DNA from: Paramecium tetraurelia | Taxonomy: Eukaryota | NCBI GenBank assembly: GCA_000165425.1 | Contig: CT868540.1 | Coordinates: 620,001 to 684,000, forward strand | Direction: 5' to 3' | DNA: 64,000 nucleotides | Shown here: positions 40,401 to 54,083 of the stretch, piece by piece | Layout of the letters: every line of letters begins with the position of its first letter | How positions within the stretch are numbered: the stretch's first letter is position 1 | Made by a program: the position numbers and the translations under genes | The notes under the pieces: generated by a model | Told to the model about the DNA's origin: nothing | Databases searched by the model: none | What the model saw: only the letters and a program-made list of their open reading frames with translations

Positions 40401-40683
40401 GATAAGTTGCAATTGAAAAAATAAAAAAAATATCAAAATAGGAATTGCTTGAGTTTTATAGAAATTCATTCATTAACAACAAATCAAAGTTAAGTTTACA
40501 ATTATATGGGTAATAATCATAATTATTCCTATTAGATAAGGTATGGTAACATAGATGATGAACTTGGAGACTTAGTCTGAGTTTAACGAATTTGTATCTA
40601 ATACAAAGCCTAAAGATACGGAATTGTTTGATCCCCTTTAAGCATCTTATTATTAATGTGAGTTTGAAGCTACTTAAATTTGA
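37424..40683 (+). CDS. Insulysin-like M16A metallopeptidase with an N-terminal signal peptide
   Basis: LSFVVLILLAGLPTFA, PGLAHFCEHMLFVGSAKYP (HxxEH), NAYT, LRTDLQLGYVV; 1078 codons. Confidence 0.93.
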
Positions 40684-40902
40684 GTAATTTGATATTTACA
40701 AATAAATTTAATCTACTGAGAATTTTCTTAAGAATAATTATTTATACTGAAATGCTTGTGATTGTACAACTGATGATACATCGATATGAAATTGGATTTA
40801 AACTACTTAATTGGAAGTGTTATTAATTATTAACTATTTTCTATTCATCAGTATTTTTATACAGATTATAATTAAAGTTTTCAATTAATAATCAAAATTA
40901 TT

Positions 40903-42189
40903 ATGGATTAGCTTCTAAATATTAAGTATAGTGCTAGGTCTTTGCAATTCAGATCGTCTCCATGTTCAAAATAATCTTTCTAAAGTGAAGATGATATGGA
41001 TACAACACTATCATTTGATTTCACTCCTAAACCAAAACCAAAGCCATTATAAGGCTTGAGTTCTATGGCTTCTCCATTTGACAATGAGGATAGTGACAAA
41101 AGCAGTTAAAAAGGGGAGTCAGTTCCAAAAACATTTAGTAACGATATTTATTTGAATATTAGTTCCTAAACTATCACGCTTTAGTACTCAGAGAGTAATA
41201 ACTATGAATGAAGGAGATAAAGATGAAGAACCAGAAGTAATTGAAAAAGAAATTAAATAAAGTTCGAATATCCAATCACAATAACCCGATGAATAAAATA
41301 AAACTATGGAAGAACAACTTAGAAAAATTGAAGAGAAAATAAAAGTGAACCCAAAGTTAAAATAAATGAAATCCAAACCTATGTCAATGAAGAGTTTAAA
41401 ACAAGTTGAATAATCAAAGGAGGACAAGTTGATGGAACATCCATTTCGTCATTTGATATTCAGTCCAAAAGTAGATGAGTTAGTTTTCGAAAAACATCTA
41501 ATTGTAACCTAAAGAGGGCTAATTTATTCGAGAAAATGTCTCAAAGGGCCTTCAGAATAATTTGTCGAAAAGAAAAAAGTAACGTTAACCAAAATCAACC
41601 CAAATAAAGTAAACACAATATTCCTTGATCTTGATGAAACATTGATTCATGCTTGCCATGCAAGAGAGACACCATCAGTTAAATTGAAATAATAAAATGA
41701 AGATGGTTCTGAAACAGATGTACATATAAATATAAGTCAATGTAGGTTGGGATAAATGTCAGACCATATACAGGCTACTTTTTGCAAGAATTGGCTTAAT
41801 ATTATACAATCTATATTTATACGGCTTCGTCTTAATAATATGCCTAAACTATTGTGAATTATCTTGATCCTCTGAAATAATATATAAGTGGAATCTTATC
41901 TAGGTCGAATTGTATGGAAACTAAAAATGGATTTTTTATCAAGGACTTGAGAATCATAAAGGATTTAGACTTGGATAGGACTCTAATAGTAGACAACCTT
42001 GTTCATTCTTTCGGTTTACAGGTTGAGAACGGAATCCCAATTTTGGAGTGGCATGATAATTAGGGAGATTCAGAACTCAAATATTTATTAGAATATTTGA
42101 TAGAAGCTTCCGAATAGCCAAATTTGAAGGACTTCAACATTACTCATTTGTAATTAGATAATTTAATCGATTATGTCATAAAGCAATGA
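40903..42189 (+). CDS. FCP1/SCP (NIF) HAD-family phosphatase
   Basis: IFLDLDETLIH, VRPY, IYTAS, FIKDL, IVDN, NGIPI; two introns. Confidence 0.92.
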
Positions 42190-42247
42190 GATTAATATCT
42201 TCATTTATAATCCTTCAAACTCAACATAAATATAGGCATCATAAAAT

Positions 42248-42572
42248 TCATCTAAATTTATATAAATGTGATAATTATTTCGATTCTCCTTGTGTTCTTA
42301 ATTCAATTTCCTCAATTTTGAAATCTTTGATAGAGCTATCCTAAGATAAGTGAGGAGCATACTTGAGTAGCAAAATCATAGGGGATGACTTCATCTTTTG
42401 TGTTAAAAATGTACATCATTCCCTAATCTTTTTTTGCTGCAAATATTAAATGACCTTAATCAATGAGACTTTGGGTTTATAGATTTGTAGATTGATTAAT
42501 TTAGAGAAGGAAATATCTCTTAGGAGTAACTACGGTCATTCGATAGAAGGGAATCAACAGCATATTCTTCAT
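42248..42572 (-). CDS. Small protein (~100 aa), possibly mitochondrial, weak YciI-like pattern
   Basis: MKNMLLIPFYRMTVVTPKRYFLLQ...LIDQGHLIFAAKKDQGMMYIF...FATQD; one 22-nt intron. Confidence 0.55.
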
Positions 42573-42796
42573 ATTTTAATTAAATATTGAATTAGTGTTA
42601 TAAAGGTAATAATGACAAATATAATAGTTTTAGAAATTATTAAATGGGAAACTTTAAATAAGATTAATATATTGGAAATTATTTAAAAAATGCAAATTAT
42701 TATTGGAAAAGAGAAGGATTAAATATTTGGAAATAAAATGTGTGAATGTATGATTTCAAAAAAATTTTTAATCTTTTATATTTTATTTAAATAAAA

Positions 42797-43500
42797 ATGG
42801 GTAGAAGACCAGCAAGATGCTATAGAGTGAGTAATGGTAAACCATTCCCCAAGTCCAGATATAACAGAGGTGTTCCAGATGCTAAAATTAGAATCTATGA
42901 TGTCGGAAGAAAGAAGGCCAATGTCGATGAATTCCCAGTATTGAATAATTAATATGAATTAGGCTGCCATCCACATTGTTTCAGATGAAAAGGAATAAAT
43001 CTCATCAGAAGCCTTAGAAGCATGCAGAGTTGCCATCAACAAATATATGATTAAGAAAGTCGGAAAAGACGCATTCCATCTTAGATGCAGAGTCCACCCA
43101 TGGCACGTACTCAGAATCAACAAAATGCTTTCATGTGCTGGTGCAGATAGACTTTAAACTGGTATGAGAGGTGCCTTCGGTAAACCAAATGGTTTGTGCG
43201 CCAGAGTCAAAATTGGCAGCATTCTTTACTCTTTGAGATGCAAGGATGCTTCAATCAATCACGCTATGGAAGCTTTGAGAAGAGGAAAGAACAAGTTCCC
43301 AGGAAGATAAAAGATTGTTGTCTCAGCCAAATGGGGATTCACTAACTATTTCAGATCTGACTATCTCAAATATAAGGCTAATGTAATACCATAAATTAAT
43401 AATTTAGGATGAATTATAATACTATGGTACTCACGTTCAAAAATTGAGATAACATGGTAAATTAGATAAATTGAAGATTTTCTAAGCCCTTAGAAAATGA
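42797..43500 (+). CDS. RPL10: 60S ribosomal protein L10 (uL16)
   Basis: [47 protein letters not shown]; two introns. Confidence 0.98.
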
Positions 43501-43567
43501 TTTGTTGAAATAATCACATAATAAATATATTAAATTATTTGATTTGTTTAATGTCCTATTTGCAATA

Positions 43568-45184
43568 TCAAAATCCCAGAATTGCAATAAGTAATAATGG
43601 CATCAATATTAATTAAGAAAACTCAGGATCATTTTCTATAACAAGTTATCTGGATTTGTATGTGATCAAATTACCATTTAAGTTGCCCACTGCCAATTGA
43701 GAATTTGTATTCTCCTCAAGAACTCTTCTCCTTCCACTACCTGCTGAATTTGGATTTATGATTTTGGCTGTAACAGCAAGTCCATTACCCTTTTCTCCTT
43801 TGATAGCCAATCTAACAGTGTATATTATTTCACCCTCCCCTATAACAGTCTCCAAAATTGGTAAATTAACTAGGGTTCCTGTTTCCCATAATTTTACATA
43901 GCCTTATTCCATTTTTCCATTTCTTAATATTTTTAATCTGTAATTGTCAACCAAACCTTGAACCTTTAATTAAGAACTAAAGTTATTTTGTCTGTTGTCC
44001 ATTAGCAATCGTTTACATTTTCGCAGTAATCAAGTTTATATTCGATAGTAATGACCAATGCTGGCGGATTAAGAGTTTTAGGTGGTACCTATAAACTGGT
44101 GATGCTTGATTTTGAATAATCGATTGTAGCAGTCCAGTTTCTTTCATACATAATTTGCTCATTAAAATGCACATTGAAATGGAAGGAGCATGTAAAGATA
44201 TTAGAATTCTCATGTTATTTACAGTTAGCATTTGTCATACTCTACTAATCTAAGATTAATTTAGCTGTGGAGGCTGTTTCATAGGAGAATTTTAATTCTG
44301 TAAACTTGCCGTCTTCATAACCTAGTGTTACCCATTAAGCAGGCCAACAAGCTTGAAAATCATAACCTGGTATTTTAATTGTAGCTGAATAAGTAGTCGA
44401 AGTTGAACTTTCCAATAAAGTATCTTTTTAATATGGTATCGATTGTTCTAAACTGGTTCCACATTCCCCCTTATAGCATTTGCCTTCAAGCCATCTGTAA
44501 GGGTCTTAACAACTTGTGCAATCGTAAAAGGTTGTGCATTTCTCGCACTTGGCTGTGCAATTCTTATTGTAATAAACAAGTATTTTAGTAATATAATATG
44601 CTCCTTCTGAGTTTTCATTCACGAAATCTTAAAATACCAAAGACAATAATGATTAGTTCTTATTTTTTAAAGTAGCTGAAGGAATTGTATATTTAATCTA
44701 TAATATTAATATTTAAAATTACTGTTTTCCAGTCATTTAGAAGGTCTTATATCAAGACAGATTCATCTTTAGAACATAAGTAAGCTGCATCTGTCTTTTA
44801 GGAAGTTTAATTAAAAAAGTCACTGTAGTACGAATAACCTGAGGCAAACCAGCAATATCCGCTTTTCTTGTCCTCAGTGTTATCAGTATAACCAACAAAT
44901 AATCCAGAATGCACTCCTCTATTAGGAGTGGATTTTGTTAGATATTTAAATTCTATTGTAACATCTTATTCCATTTCAATCCCAAAAGGCTTTGATTTTA
45001 ATCCACTACCAAAAGACTACTTGAATATATTCACACAATAGTCATTTGTTGTGCCAGGACAAGGAACTATTTTTGCAACATCATATTTTTCCCATAATTC
45101 TGCATTAATTTAACCAGCGTTAAAATCATCTTAAAAAATTATGTGTTGAGCATATGTCAACGATGCTAGCAATAATAAAAGCAT
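43568..45184 (-). CDS. Secreted/GPI-anchored surface protein with a Cys-rich furin-like repeat; apparent frameshift near 43910-43925
   Basis: Signal MLLLLLASLTYA, IFQDDFN, CTAKCEKCTTFYDCTSC, GRRRVL, hydrophobic tail LILMPLLLIAILGF*; spliced length is 3n+2. Confidence 0.75.
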
Positions 45185-45952
45185 TTATATAAATAATAAT
45201 TATGAAATCGAATTATTTTCTGATTCTGATTTAAACAACAAGATTTAGGATATCATTTATTCTATTTGAAAGTATTGATTTCAGCTTTATATACTTTCAT
45301 CTATTGACTTCTTTTTTAAAAAATAACATTATTGAATTGATTGTATCCCCTCAAAAGCAATCTATTTTCTCTTGTTAAAAGTACTTTACCAAAAATTAAT
45401 AAAACTTCAAACTCAATATAAACTTATATTCTTTTTTATTCCTAAATGACTCTTTCTAATTTGATCTCATTTTAAACTAGTTTCTCTATGGCAATCAAAA
45501 AAGTGTGAATTACTTCCTCTGTATTTACGTATAATCATAGCCTACTTAAAATTAATCTTATTATTTGTAACCCGACCAAATGATTTCTATTCCCTTCCTT
45601 CCTTATGAAACTCATAGTAAGACAGGAATTATCTTATAAGTCTCTTAACATCAAATTTATTTTCTCAACATTTAAAATCATACAATTATGATTTCAAGAA
45701 TATGAAATATATCTATTGATAATGAAACACAAATTTCACATAAGCAATAATCAACATACAAGGAAGAGTTTGTCAATGAATTCAATTTTGATTAAAATTA
45801 AATACTAATTGTTAATTCGATCCTCATATACAGTTATAGAGGAAATATATATTAACACATCAAAAATATACGCAATTTTTGAATTAGAAACAAAATATGT
45901 AAATAACTACATGTTCAATTTTTATTATTAAAGTAAGTTTATATTTATTTAA

Positions 45953-48707
45953 ATGAGTCTCAGTTCTTATGAGATCGAGCTACCCGTCAATAAGGAGTCA
46001 CCTTATTAATAATTATATAGAGGGAGACATGATAATGACTTGATTTATATGTTACACATATTTCCAAAGCAAACATTAACTCCATAAATGCAGCAATAGA
46101 TTTTTGAGAGGGCAGAAGAATTCAATTTTATATTTGAAAAAATGGATTTTGAGGATTTTATTTTAATATCCTATAAGGATAGCACTTTGTGGACAAACTT
46201 GGAATAAAAAGTTAAAACAGAATCCCTCAAATCCTTTTATCTTAAATTGTATTAATAGTATTCAAAACTTAAAGGATTCATAGATTTCGATTAAGATTAT
46301 GTTTTTGTATAGGAGGATGAAGTTTTTATCATTGATTATGGTATTAATCAACATGTAATGAAAAAGCATAAAGATCTAGAATATACAACAAAAACTAAAT
46401 CTTATCTTTTTGGGTAACTAATTTTTAACCTGTTAAACAATAGAGATATTAGCGACAGATTGTTATAGTGCACTGACTAATATCAAATAGATACTATCAT
46501 TCATTAAGCAGCTGAAAATTAAAAATTTAATAATGAAATTTTAGAATGCTTATTAAAACTGCTCAAATTAGATCCTAACCAAAGGCCGACTTTTGAAGAA
46601 GTTGGACAATGGAAATTGTTCTATTCCAAAAAAGATTTTTCTAAAGTTAACTCAAGTGTTCTTGATTTCTCAAATAAGAAAATTGGCACTTAAACCAGTC
46701 GTTAAAATTAAACACAAAGATCAGCCAGACCACAATCTTATGATTAGAAAGTTATGAACTCTGCACATAATTAATCAGTCAAAGCTGCCATCTAAAAACA
46801 AAGAAGATAAGCTCCATCAACAAATAAAGTATGCTCTTCCTACGTATTTGCATCTTAAATAATCACTAATAATATTAAAAATAAAAAGTTCTAATCAAAC
46901 ATAGCTAATCTTGCAACTCAATAATCATTCTTTCAATAAACAGGCTAACATTTATACACATCGGAAATGAATTAAAGTTAATATCCAAAAACTCAAAATC
47001 ATTTTTTTGCAAAACAGCCTGATTAATACTAGTAGACATCTTAAAAAGGTTTTAAGGAATAAAGTAATACAAACAATTCATAATAACAACAACAAAGAAT
47101 AGAAAAAAAGTCTCCGTTTTTATTTGACGGGTCTCAACCCCCTATCATAAGTATTACAAAGCCTTAGAATCCATAACCTCTTATTGGCTAAAATCGCAAT
47201 TAGAATTAAGAGGCTAACTTTTTTAATACCAGTAGTTCAATTCCTTCAAATTATACATCTCCAAAATAAAACATGTATTAAAACTAGAATACATAATAAC
47301 AATAATAATTACAATAACAATATTAACAATAATAATAATAATAACAACAATAATAATAACAATAATAATACTAATAATAACAATAGTAATAATAGTAATA
47401 ATAGTAATAGCAACAATAATAATTTATTACTCACATTCCTCAGAATTAAACTTAATTTTAATAATAATAATAAAATTAAGTTTTAGATGATAATCAAAGT
47501 TTTCATTTTAAATCACTTCCATCAGAGGAGTCTAGTTAAAATTAAAAATTATAAAAAGATGAAAAATAATAACCAAAGTTAAAAACCCCCTTTTAATTAG
47601 CTTAAAATACTAACGAAGATGATGTAGATGATATTAAACTACATCAAACTAATAATTTAAATTCAAATTAGAACAAAGATTATAATTAATGGAATGAGAA
47701 AGATAAAAAGTAAGAATTTTTCAAAAAACCATAGTAAGAAAATAAATTAACTTCAAATTCAACATTTTCCAAAAAAGAAGAAGTTTTAACTAATAATATA
47801 AAGAATTAAAAGGCTTAATCTATCAACGATCTTGAAGAACCTCCAATTATAAGACCTAACAAATCGCTCCAACAAGATGTTTAAAAATAATAGAAACCCT
47901 CTGTTGAGAGTATTCAAAGTCCTTAGGTTAATTAGGTAGATCTAAATTAGACTTTTAATGAATATGTATAGAAGTAAAATGTTATGACTAATAAGATATT
48001 ATTCGTATTTAGGGATAATTTAATACTTAGCAATTACTGTGGCGGATTTAAATGAGAAACTGAGCAGTCAAGGACCAATTTGGATAGTACCATTATGCAT
48101 TGTTTTCAAAGTAATTTTGTGATTAACTAAATTTAAGAGAGCTTATGAGATTAGAAAATTAATTGAAAAAGATATAGAAAAATAAAAAAATATTTTTGAA
48201 CTTAAAGATTTTGTAAAATTCAGATCTTCACCTCAGTACACATAATTATTTGAGAATATTGTAAATTAGAACAAAGTAATGGAGAAGGAATTTTTGGAGA
48301 TGCTAGAAGTAGCTCAAAAGAACATGGCGGCGAAAAAAGAGATGGATAAAAATTCATAATAAAAAATGGCAGCTCTTCTTAACCTAGATATCAAGAAATC
48401 AATAAAGGAATAGGCTGAAAAATATCTATATACTCAAATTTACCCAAGAGTAACATTATCAATTGGAAAACTCAGAGCAAAAACATTACCAAATAATAAA
48501 TTTTCTGAATTAGATTGGATTCAAACTAGACTATTGAGTTTGTATTCAATTTTAATAATGGAATTAGAATTATACACATTTGAATCCCCTTTGTTTAAAG
48601 AAGCAGAGCTATTGAAATATAGAAAAGTGTAAAATATTAATGAAATTGACTAAATTTGCAATCAAATAGAAAAATAGATCAAGGAACTTCCAATATTTAT
48701 AAAATGA
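45953..48707 (+). CDS. Pseudokinase with a polyglutamine tract and a ciliate-kinase C-terminal domain
   Basis: Kinase-fold remnants (LYRGR, IIDYG, SYLFG, LKLDPNQRPT) without the Gly loop, VAIK or HRD; two introns, 902 codons. Confidence 0.72.
47294..47422 (+). repeat. TAA/CAA/TAG triplet repeat encoding polyQ (40 Q in 43 codons)
   Basis: In frame with the 45953 ATG; the ORF-track poly-Asn call is another frame. Confidence 0.85.
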
Positions 48708-48726
48708 TTATAATATTGTTGTCAAA

Positions 48727-49500
48727 TCAGTTATAATGTAACTTACGATTAAGTCCTTGTTCTTTAAATCTTACTTGTTTTTTCATAGGAGAGTTAGTCT
48801 CAATATCTGAATCTTTTCTCTTTAAAATTGAAGTAGGAGTATAAGTTCTCAGTTTCGTAGGACTATAATTCTCAACTCCTATTATATAATTGTGATCATC
48901 ACATATATCACTAATTTTTCTTCTCATCACTTATGATCTCTCTTTTTAAATAGGGGCATCTGAATATTTCCTTTTTGGTTTCAAATCTTGCTATTGATTT
49001 CCTTTTTTAGTAAATTCCATGCTCTTTTTTGTTTTGATTTCAACCTTTGAACTTTAATAATAGGGAGAATGAGATCGACATTTTATTTATTATTGCACTT
49101 ATGGACTAGGGGATTAGAAGTTAGGACTTTAAGCTTGATTCTATTTTGTTTTTCGTTTAAGAGAAGATTTCAGAACCATAAGTGGTTTTGATTATTTCGA
49201 CTATTGATAGATAGAGTTATTTTCTTGTTCATTTACTTTTTCTGAATTAAATTGTTACAAAAATAGACTTTCTTCAGACGGAACTCTAACTAATGAACGA
49301 ATTTCATTTTGTTTTGGAATGAAAGGTTTGGTAGGCGACTGAAGCATAGCATTAGGTATTTCCATTTGAGTTAGTTAGCTTGTGCTTATTAAACTATCTG
49401 ATTTAGGTTTTGACATTGCTTTCAAATTGCTTTTCAAATCTAGGTAATCAAATTGAGTTTTATCGCTCGTTTATTATTTATAAGAGCAATTATTTCCCAT
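48727..49500 (-). CDS. N-acylated disordered protein with PP1-docking SILK and RVxF motifs
   Basis: Intronless 258 codons; MGNNCS start; C-terminal TPTSILKRKDSDIETNSPMKKQVRFKE. Confidence 0.75.
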
Positions 49501-50270
49501 TTATGATTTTTTAATAATAATAATTTATTGATTAAGCTAAATTTTGTCGCATCATTATCTAACTTACTTAAATTATATACTAGTATTTTTTTAAGATTTC
49601 AAATAAAACTCAAATTACTCTATTTTTCATAACCTTTTCTTATGTAAATCTTTCAATTTTTAACATTTAAAATAAATAGGATAAGAATATGAATTAAGAA
49701 AAAAATTTAATTAAAAAATAGTTGATAATTTAGGTTTTTTTAACATATAAATTTTTCAAAAAGTAATGTTTATAAAATCGCCAACAAGAAATGTACTAAA
49801 TCATGCCCTTAACTCTTTAATAGCCTGATCAATAAGTTTTACAATCATAAACTTAATTCTAAGGCAGTTTATTAAAACTGTATTATGATAAGACCTTATT
49901 AAAATAGTTTTTCTGATTTCTATTTCGCTAAGCATAACAATTACATAGTTTTCAAGAAAGACACTATTCTTTGTCTAGCAATCTTAGATCTCATATTTAT
50001 TAATAGAGTATATTAGTGAGAAATTGATAGCTAATAACATCGATTGGTTGAATAATGTAAATCAGCGCTTTGAAAATTATCTTTTTTTTGGATTAAACCG
50101 TTAATAATTTAAGCTATGTAGTTAGTCCAATAAAAATTTAAGTTTTTGATTGCCTCTGATATTAATGGATGGCAGTAGGTAGTTTAAGATTAATTGAAAC
50201 GTTTTCTAATAGTCCTAGTCAATATTTAAATAAATCCTGCACAATCAATAATTATAATTTAATTAATAAA

Positions 50271-52156
50271 ATGCCAAAAATTGAAAATACTACAGGAATG
50301 CCTATAAATTTGATTATAGATGAATTAAAAAGTGATGATATCAGAAAAAGAATTCATTCAGTCAAGCATTTAGATTTGATTGCCAGTACTATAGGTCCAG
50401 AGAGAACGAAAAGTGAATTAATCCCTTTCATATAAGGTATGCTGAAATATCATTTAGAATTACTTGATGATGACGATGAGGTTTTGATTGAGTTGGTTGA
50501 ATCTTTATCTAGAAATTTCATTGAGCTAGTTGGTGGATAGGCATAAGTTTTACTACCTACTTTCGAAGCATTATGTAGAGTGGAAGATGCTTCAGTAAGG
50601 GAGAAAGTAATGAATGCTTTATATCGAGGCTGCTAATCAATTGAAGAAATGTTTTGCTTTGTTGCCTGACCAAAAGAAGATTGAGGAATTGTCAATGGGG
50701 ATTATAAAAAGATTGAATGATAGCGATTATTATTTGGCCAAGAATGCAGTTGTGATATTGGTGCCAGCAATTCTTAATTAAGTCTCTCAAAACAACTAGA
50801 ATGATTTGATTAACATCATACTAAAAATTTCCTAAGACCAAATTCCTTAAGTTAGAAAATTTTCATCAATGTATTTTTAAGTATTTCGTTACATAATTGC
50901 AGGATTTAGTGAAACATTTTCCAATAGTAAATGAAACCTTCATTTAAAATACATTAAATTCATTCATTAAAGACGAATAAGATTTTATTAGAATGTATAT
51001 AGTTGATGCCTTGATTGCCTCGAGTAAAACTGCATTTTTTTAGAAACAATAAAACTTTGTTCTAAATATGTTCAAATAATTGGCAGAAGATCAATCCTGG
51101 AGAGTGAGATATTATTTTTGTGATAAACTGGCTGAAGTATACAGGAATAAATAAATATTAGATTGGAGAATCAGTGGGTAAAGACAGTTATCGAAAAAAC
51201 TTTTAAAATTACCATCTGAAGTTTCTGTAGGACAGTGAGCCTGAGATGAAATCTATTGCAGCATTGAAAATAGAAAAGTTAAGTTCTTTAATGGATGCAG
51301 AGGAAATTATGAATAAATTAATTCCACTTTTGAAATCAATTCAATCAGATTCAAACTCCTTTGTTAGAAGTATAAAGTTACTTATAATGTACTTTAGATT
51401 CCTTAGCATCTTCTGTCTTGTCTTTGTCACCAATTATTGGTAAGAAAAATACAAGCGAGTAAATTTTGCCAATCTTCTTAACCTTACTAAAAGATCAAGA
51501 TTCGGATGTTAGAATTACTTTATTCAAAAAGTTAAGTCTTCTCACAAGTGTACTAGGAGTTGATTCCTTGTCTTAAAGTGTGATTCCAGCTCTAACAGAA
51601 TTAGCTTAAGATAAGAATTGGAGAATTCGAGCATCTACAATAGAAGTTCTAAGTTTCTTTGCCAGAGCAATAGGCCCAGAATTCTTATCGGATAAAGTTC
51701 TAAAATTACTCTTAGATTGGCTTGGTGATAAAGTGTATTCTGTTAGATAAACAGCAATTCAATAAACTGCTTAATTGATCTAAATCCTTGGTATTGCATG
51801 GGCTGATAGAAATTTGTTAACTAAAATTTGGGGATTTTAATCTATCCAAAATTATCTTCAAAGACTCACAGTGCTATTTACAATAACTGTAAAATTATTG
51901 ATTTATTGTTGATTAGCAAATAGCATCTTCATTGAACAATGATTACATATTGAAAACAATTCTCCCTCTTTTATAATAAATGTCAAAGGATTCGGTTGCC
52001 AATGTCAGAAGCAATGTTTGCAAGACAGCTATCTTATTAGCAAAAGAGAAAGGGGGAAATGTTGTAGAGCCATTGAAAAAAGTTTTATAATCTCTTTGTG
52101 ATGATTAAGATGCAGAGGTTAAATACTAAGCAAAAAGTGCATTAGAATCATTATGA
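50271..52156 (+). CDS. PPP2R1: Protein phosphatase 2A scaffold (A/PR65) subunit, HEAT repeats
   Basis: LIIDELKSDDIRKRI, IGPERTKSELIPF, DDDDEVL, AEDQSWRVR, QDKNWRIR, DSVANVR. Confidence 0.93.
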
Positions 52157-52297
52157 ATTCAATAATGATTAATATATTTTATGAAATATTAAATAAATAA
52201 TTTCATCTTTCCAGACTTTTAAATATATATGTGATTATTAGATACAGAATGAGAAGATATTGTTATTGTTTATTATTATATATTGTATGATTCATTA

Positions 52298-53728
52298 TCA
52301 ATATTATTTTTGAATACTGCTGCTACCAACGGTTGATCTTGTTACAGTTCTCTTTTCCACAACTACTTCCTAATTAAAATAAATATTAAATGATACCTTC
52401 TTTTATTGCTTCTAAAGAGCTTCTAATTCTGCTTAAGCCATCATCAATTGTTCCTAACATTCATTATAATCATGATTAATCTTGATGAATTTCTATTTCC
52501 AAACTTCAATTTCAGAACTTAAGAAAGTCACCTTCTCTTAGACAACAGTGGTTCCTTATTCTTCCAAATATTAGATTCTTAAATGCAAATCATCTATTTC
52601 ATGATCCCTATTGGCTAACAATTGTCTTAATTTTTCAATTTCTGTTTTCAATCTCAAAATTTCTTACTCCAAATCACTAATTTAGAATCTATATTGATTA
52701 ATTTTAGAACTATATTCTTTGTCATTAAGAGCTAATTGATTTCTCAAGTCTTCACATTCAGTAGTTCTCTAATATAGCAAACCCTTCAAATTATTAACTT
52801 CCATTTCCAATTCCCTAATTCTTGATTAAGCATCCCTACTCTCATTAGCTGCTGATCTCAATTCAAGTGATGTAACTCGATATTTTTCTAATTCATTATC
52901 CTTTTATTATATGATCAACCTCAATGAACTCAATTCCATTTGTAATTTACTATTTGCATCTTACAAATCCTAAACTTAATCTCTTAACATAGCCAATTCT
53001 TAATCTTTGCTTCTGCATTGATTCTTCCAATTTTACAGTTCATTTTCAAGTTGCTTATATCTTGATTCGCTTGAACTTGAACTTGTCTTAATGAGTAATA
53101 GTTCTTAATCCTTTTATTTTAATTAATTATTCAAATTTGCATTTTACATCTACAATTCAGAAATTTGTCTTCTCAAATCGCTTACTTCCTATTGGTTACT
53201 TAATCTCAATCTATTCAATTCATTCTCTAATTAAGAAATGGATTCAGTATCCTTAACAATCTTCTCCTTTTCAATTACTTTCTCAACGATCTTTGTTTCT
53301 AATTGTCTGGCTTCAAGTTCAGTGATAACTGATTAAAGATACTCGCACTCCAATCTCCATGGAGCCTCTATTTCTTCTCTATTTACAACTACGATTTGCA
53401 TATGTAATGGTGATGCCTAACAAGGATTGCAAGGCTAACATTTTAATAGATTAATATTACATTAATGCTGGGATAGTTTGTGACTTATGCTGTTACAAAG
53501 TTATTGGGGAATTGAACTCCTTATTGATTAAATGCTTAATTTCTTCCGTCAAATACAAATTCTTCTTGCTACACTTGCTGACCAACAAAAGGAACCTACG
53601 ATGATTAATTAGTCCTATTTTACTTGTTATACTCCACTTGTGTATACAAACTACTAAGAAATAGGTCTTGTCTATTAATACTCATTTCTTATAGTCTCTT
53701 ATTGATCAAGTCTTTATTAATTCAACAT
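52298..53728 (-). CDS. Coiled-coil protein, family shared with 56681-58391
   Basis: Q/P-rich head, EEIEAPWRLECEYL hinge, heptads, WKQKFIKINHDYNECQEQLM. Confidence 0.75.
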
Positions 53729-54083
53729 TAGATATTAAATTATTAATTTTTATTTACCTTAATTTTATTTTATATTCAGAATATAAATTGTATAAATCAG
53801 TGTAATTTAAGATTCATTAACTAGAACAATCAAATTATTGAAATCATAACAAAACATATTCTTACATACATAAGAAAAAGAAAATCCAAGAATTAAGTTG
53901 TAAATTCATCTTAAATTCATTAGAACATATAATATTCACAGAGAAATAGAGGTATCTATACACAAGAAACACATTAATATGCGAGTACAAAATCATTACT
54001 GAGGGTTCTTGAGTCTATTCAACGAGTGTTGCAATGATACCTGATAAAATTTGCTTCGAATATATAAGTATTAAATATTATAA

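Noticed and set aside
47184..47486. Poly-Asn ORF in the supplied track
   Set aside because: Wrong frame; in ciliate code the tract is polyQ within the 45953-48707 gene
48005..48030. Apparent non-canonical GT..AC intron in the pseudokinase
   Set aside because: A canonical 22-nt GTAAAATG...TAAG intron just upstream restores the frame
53940..54050. Possible box C/D snoRNA (CTGA and ATGAT elements)
   Set aside because: No proper box C, terminal stem or convincing rRNA-complementary guide; would need an Infernal or snoscan search
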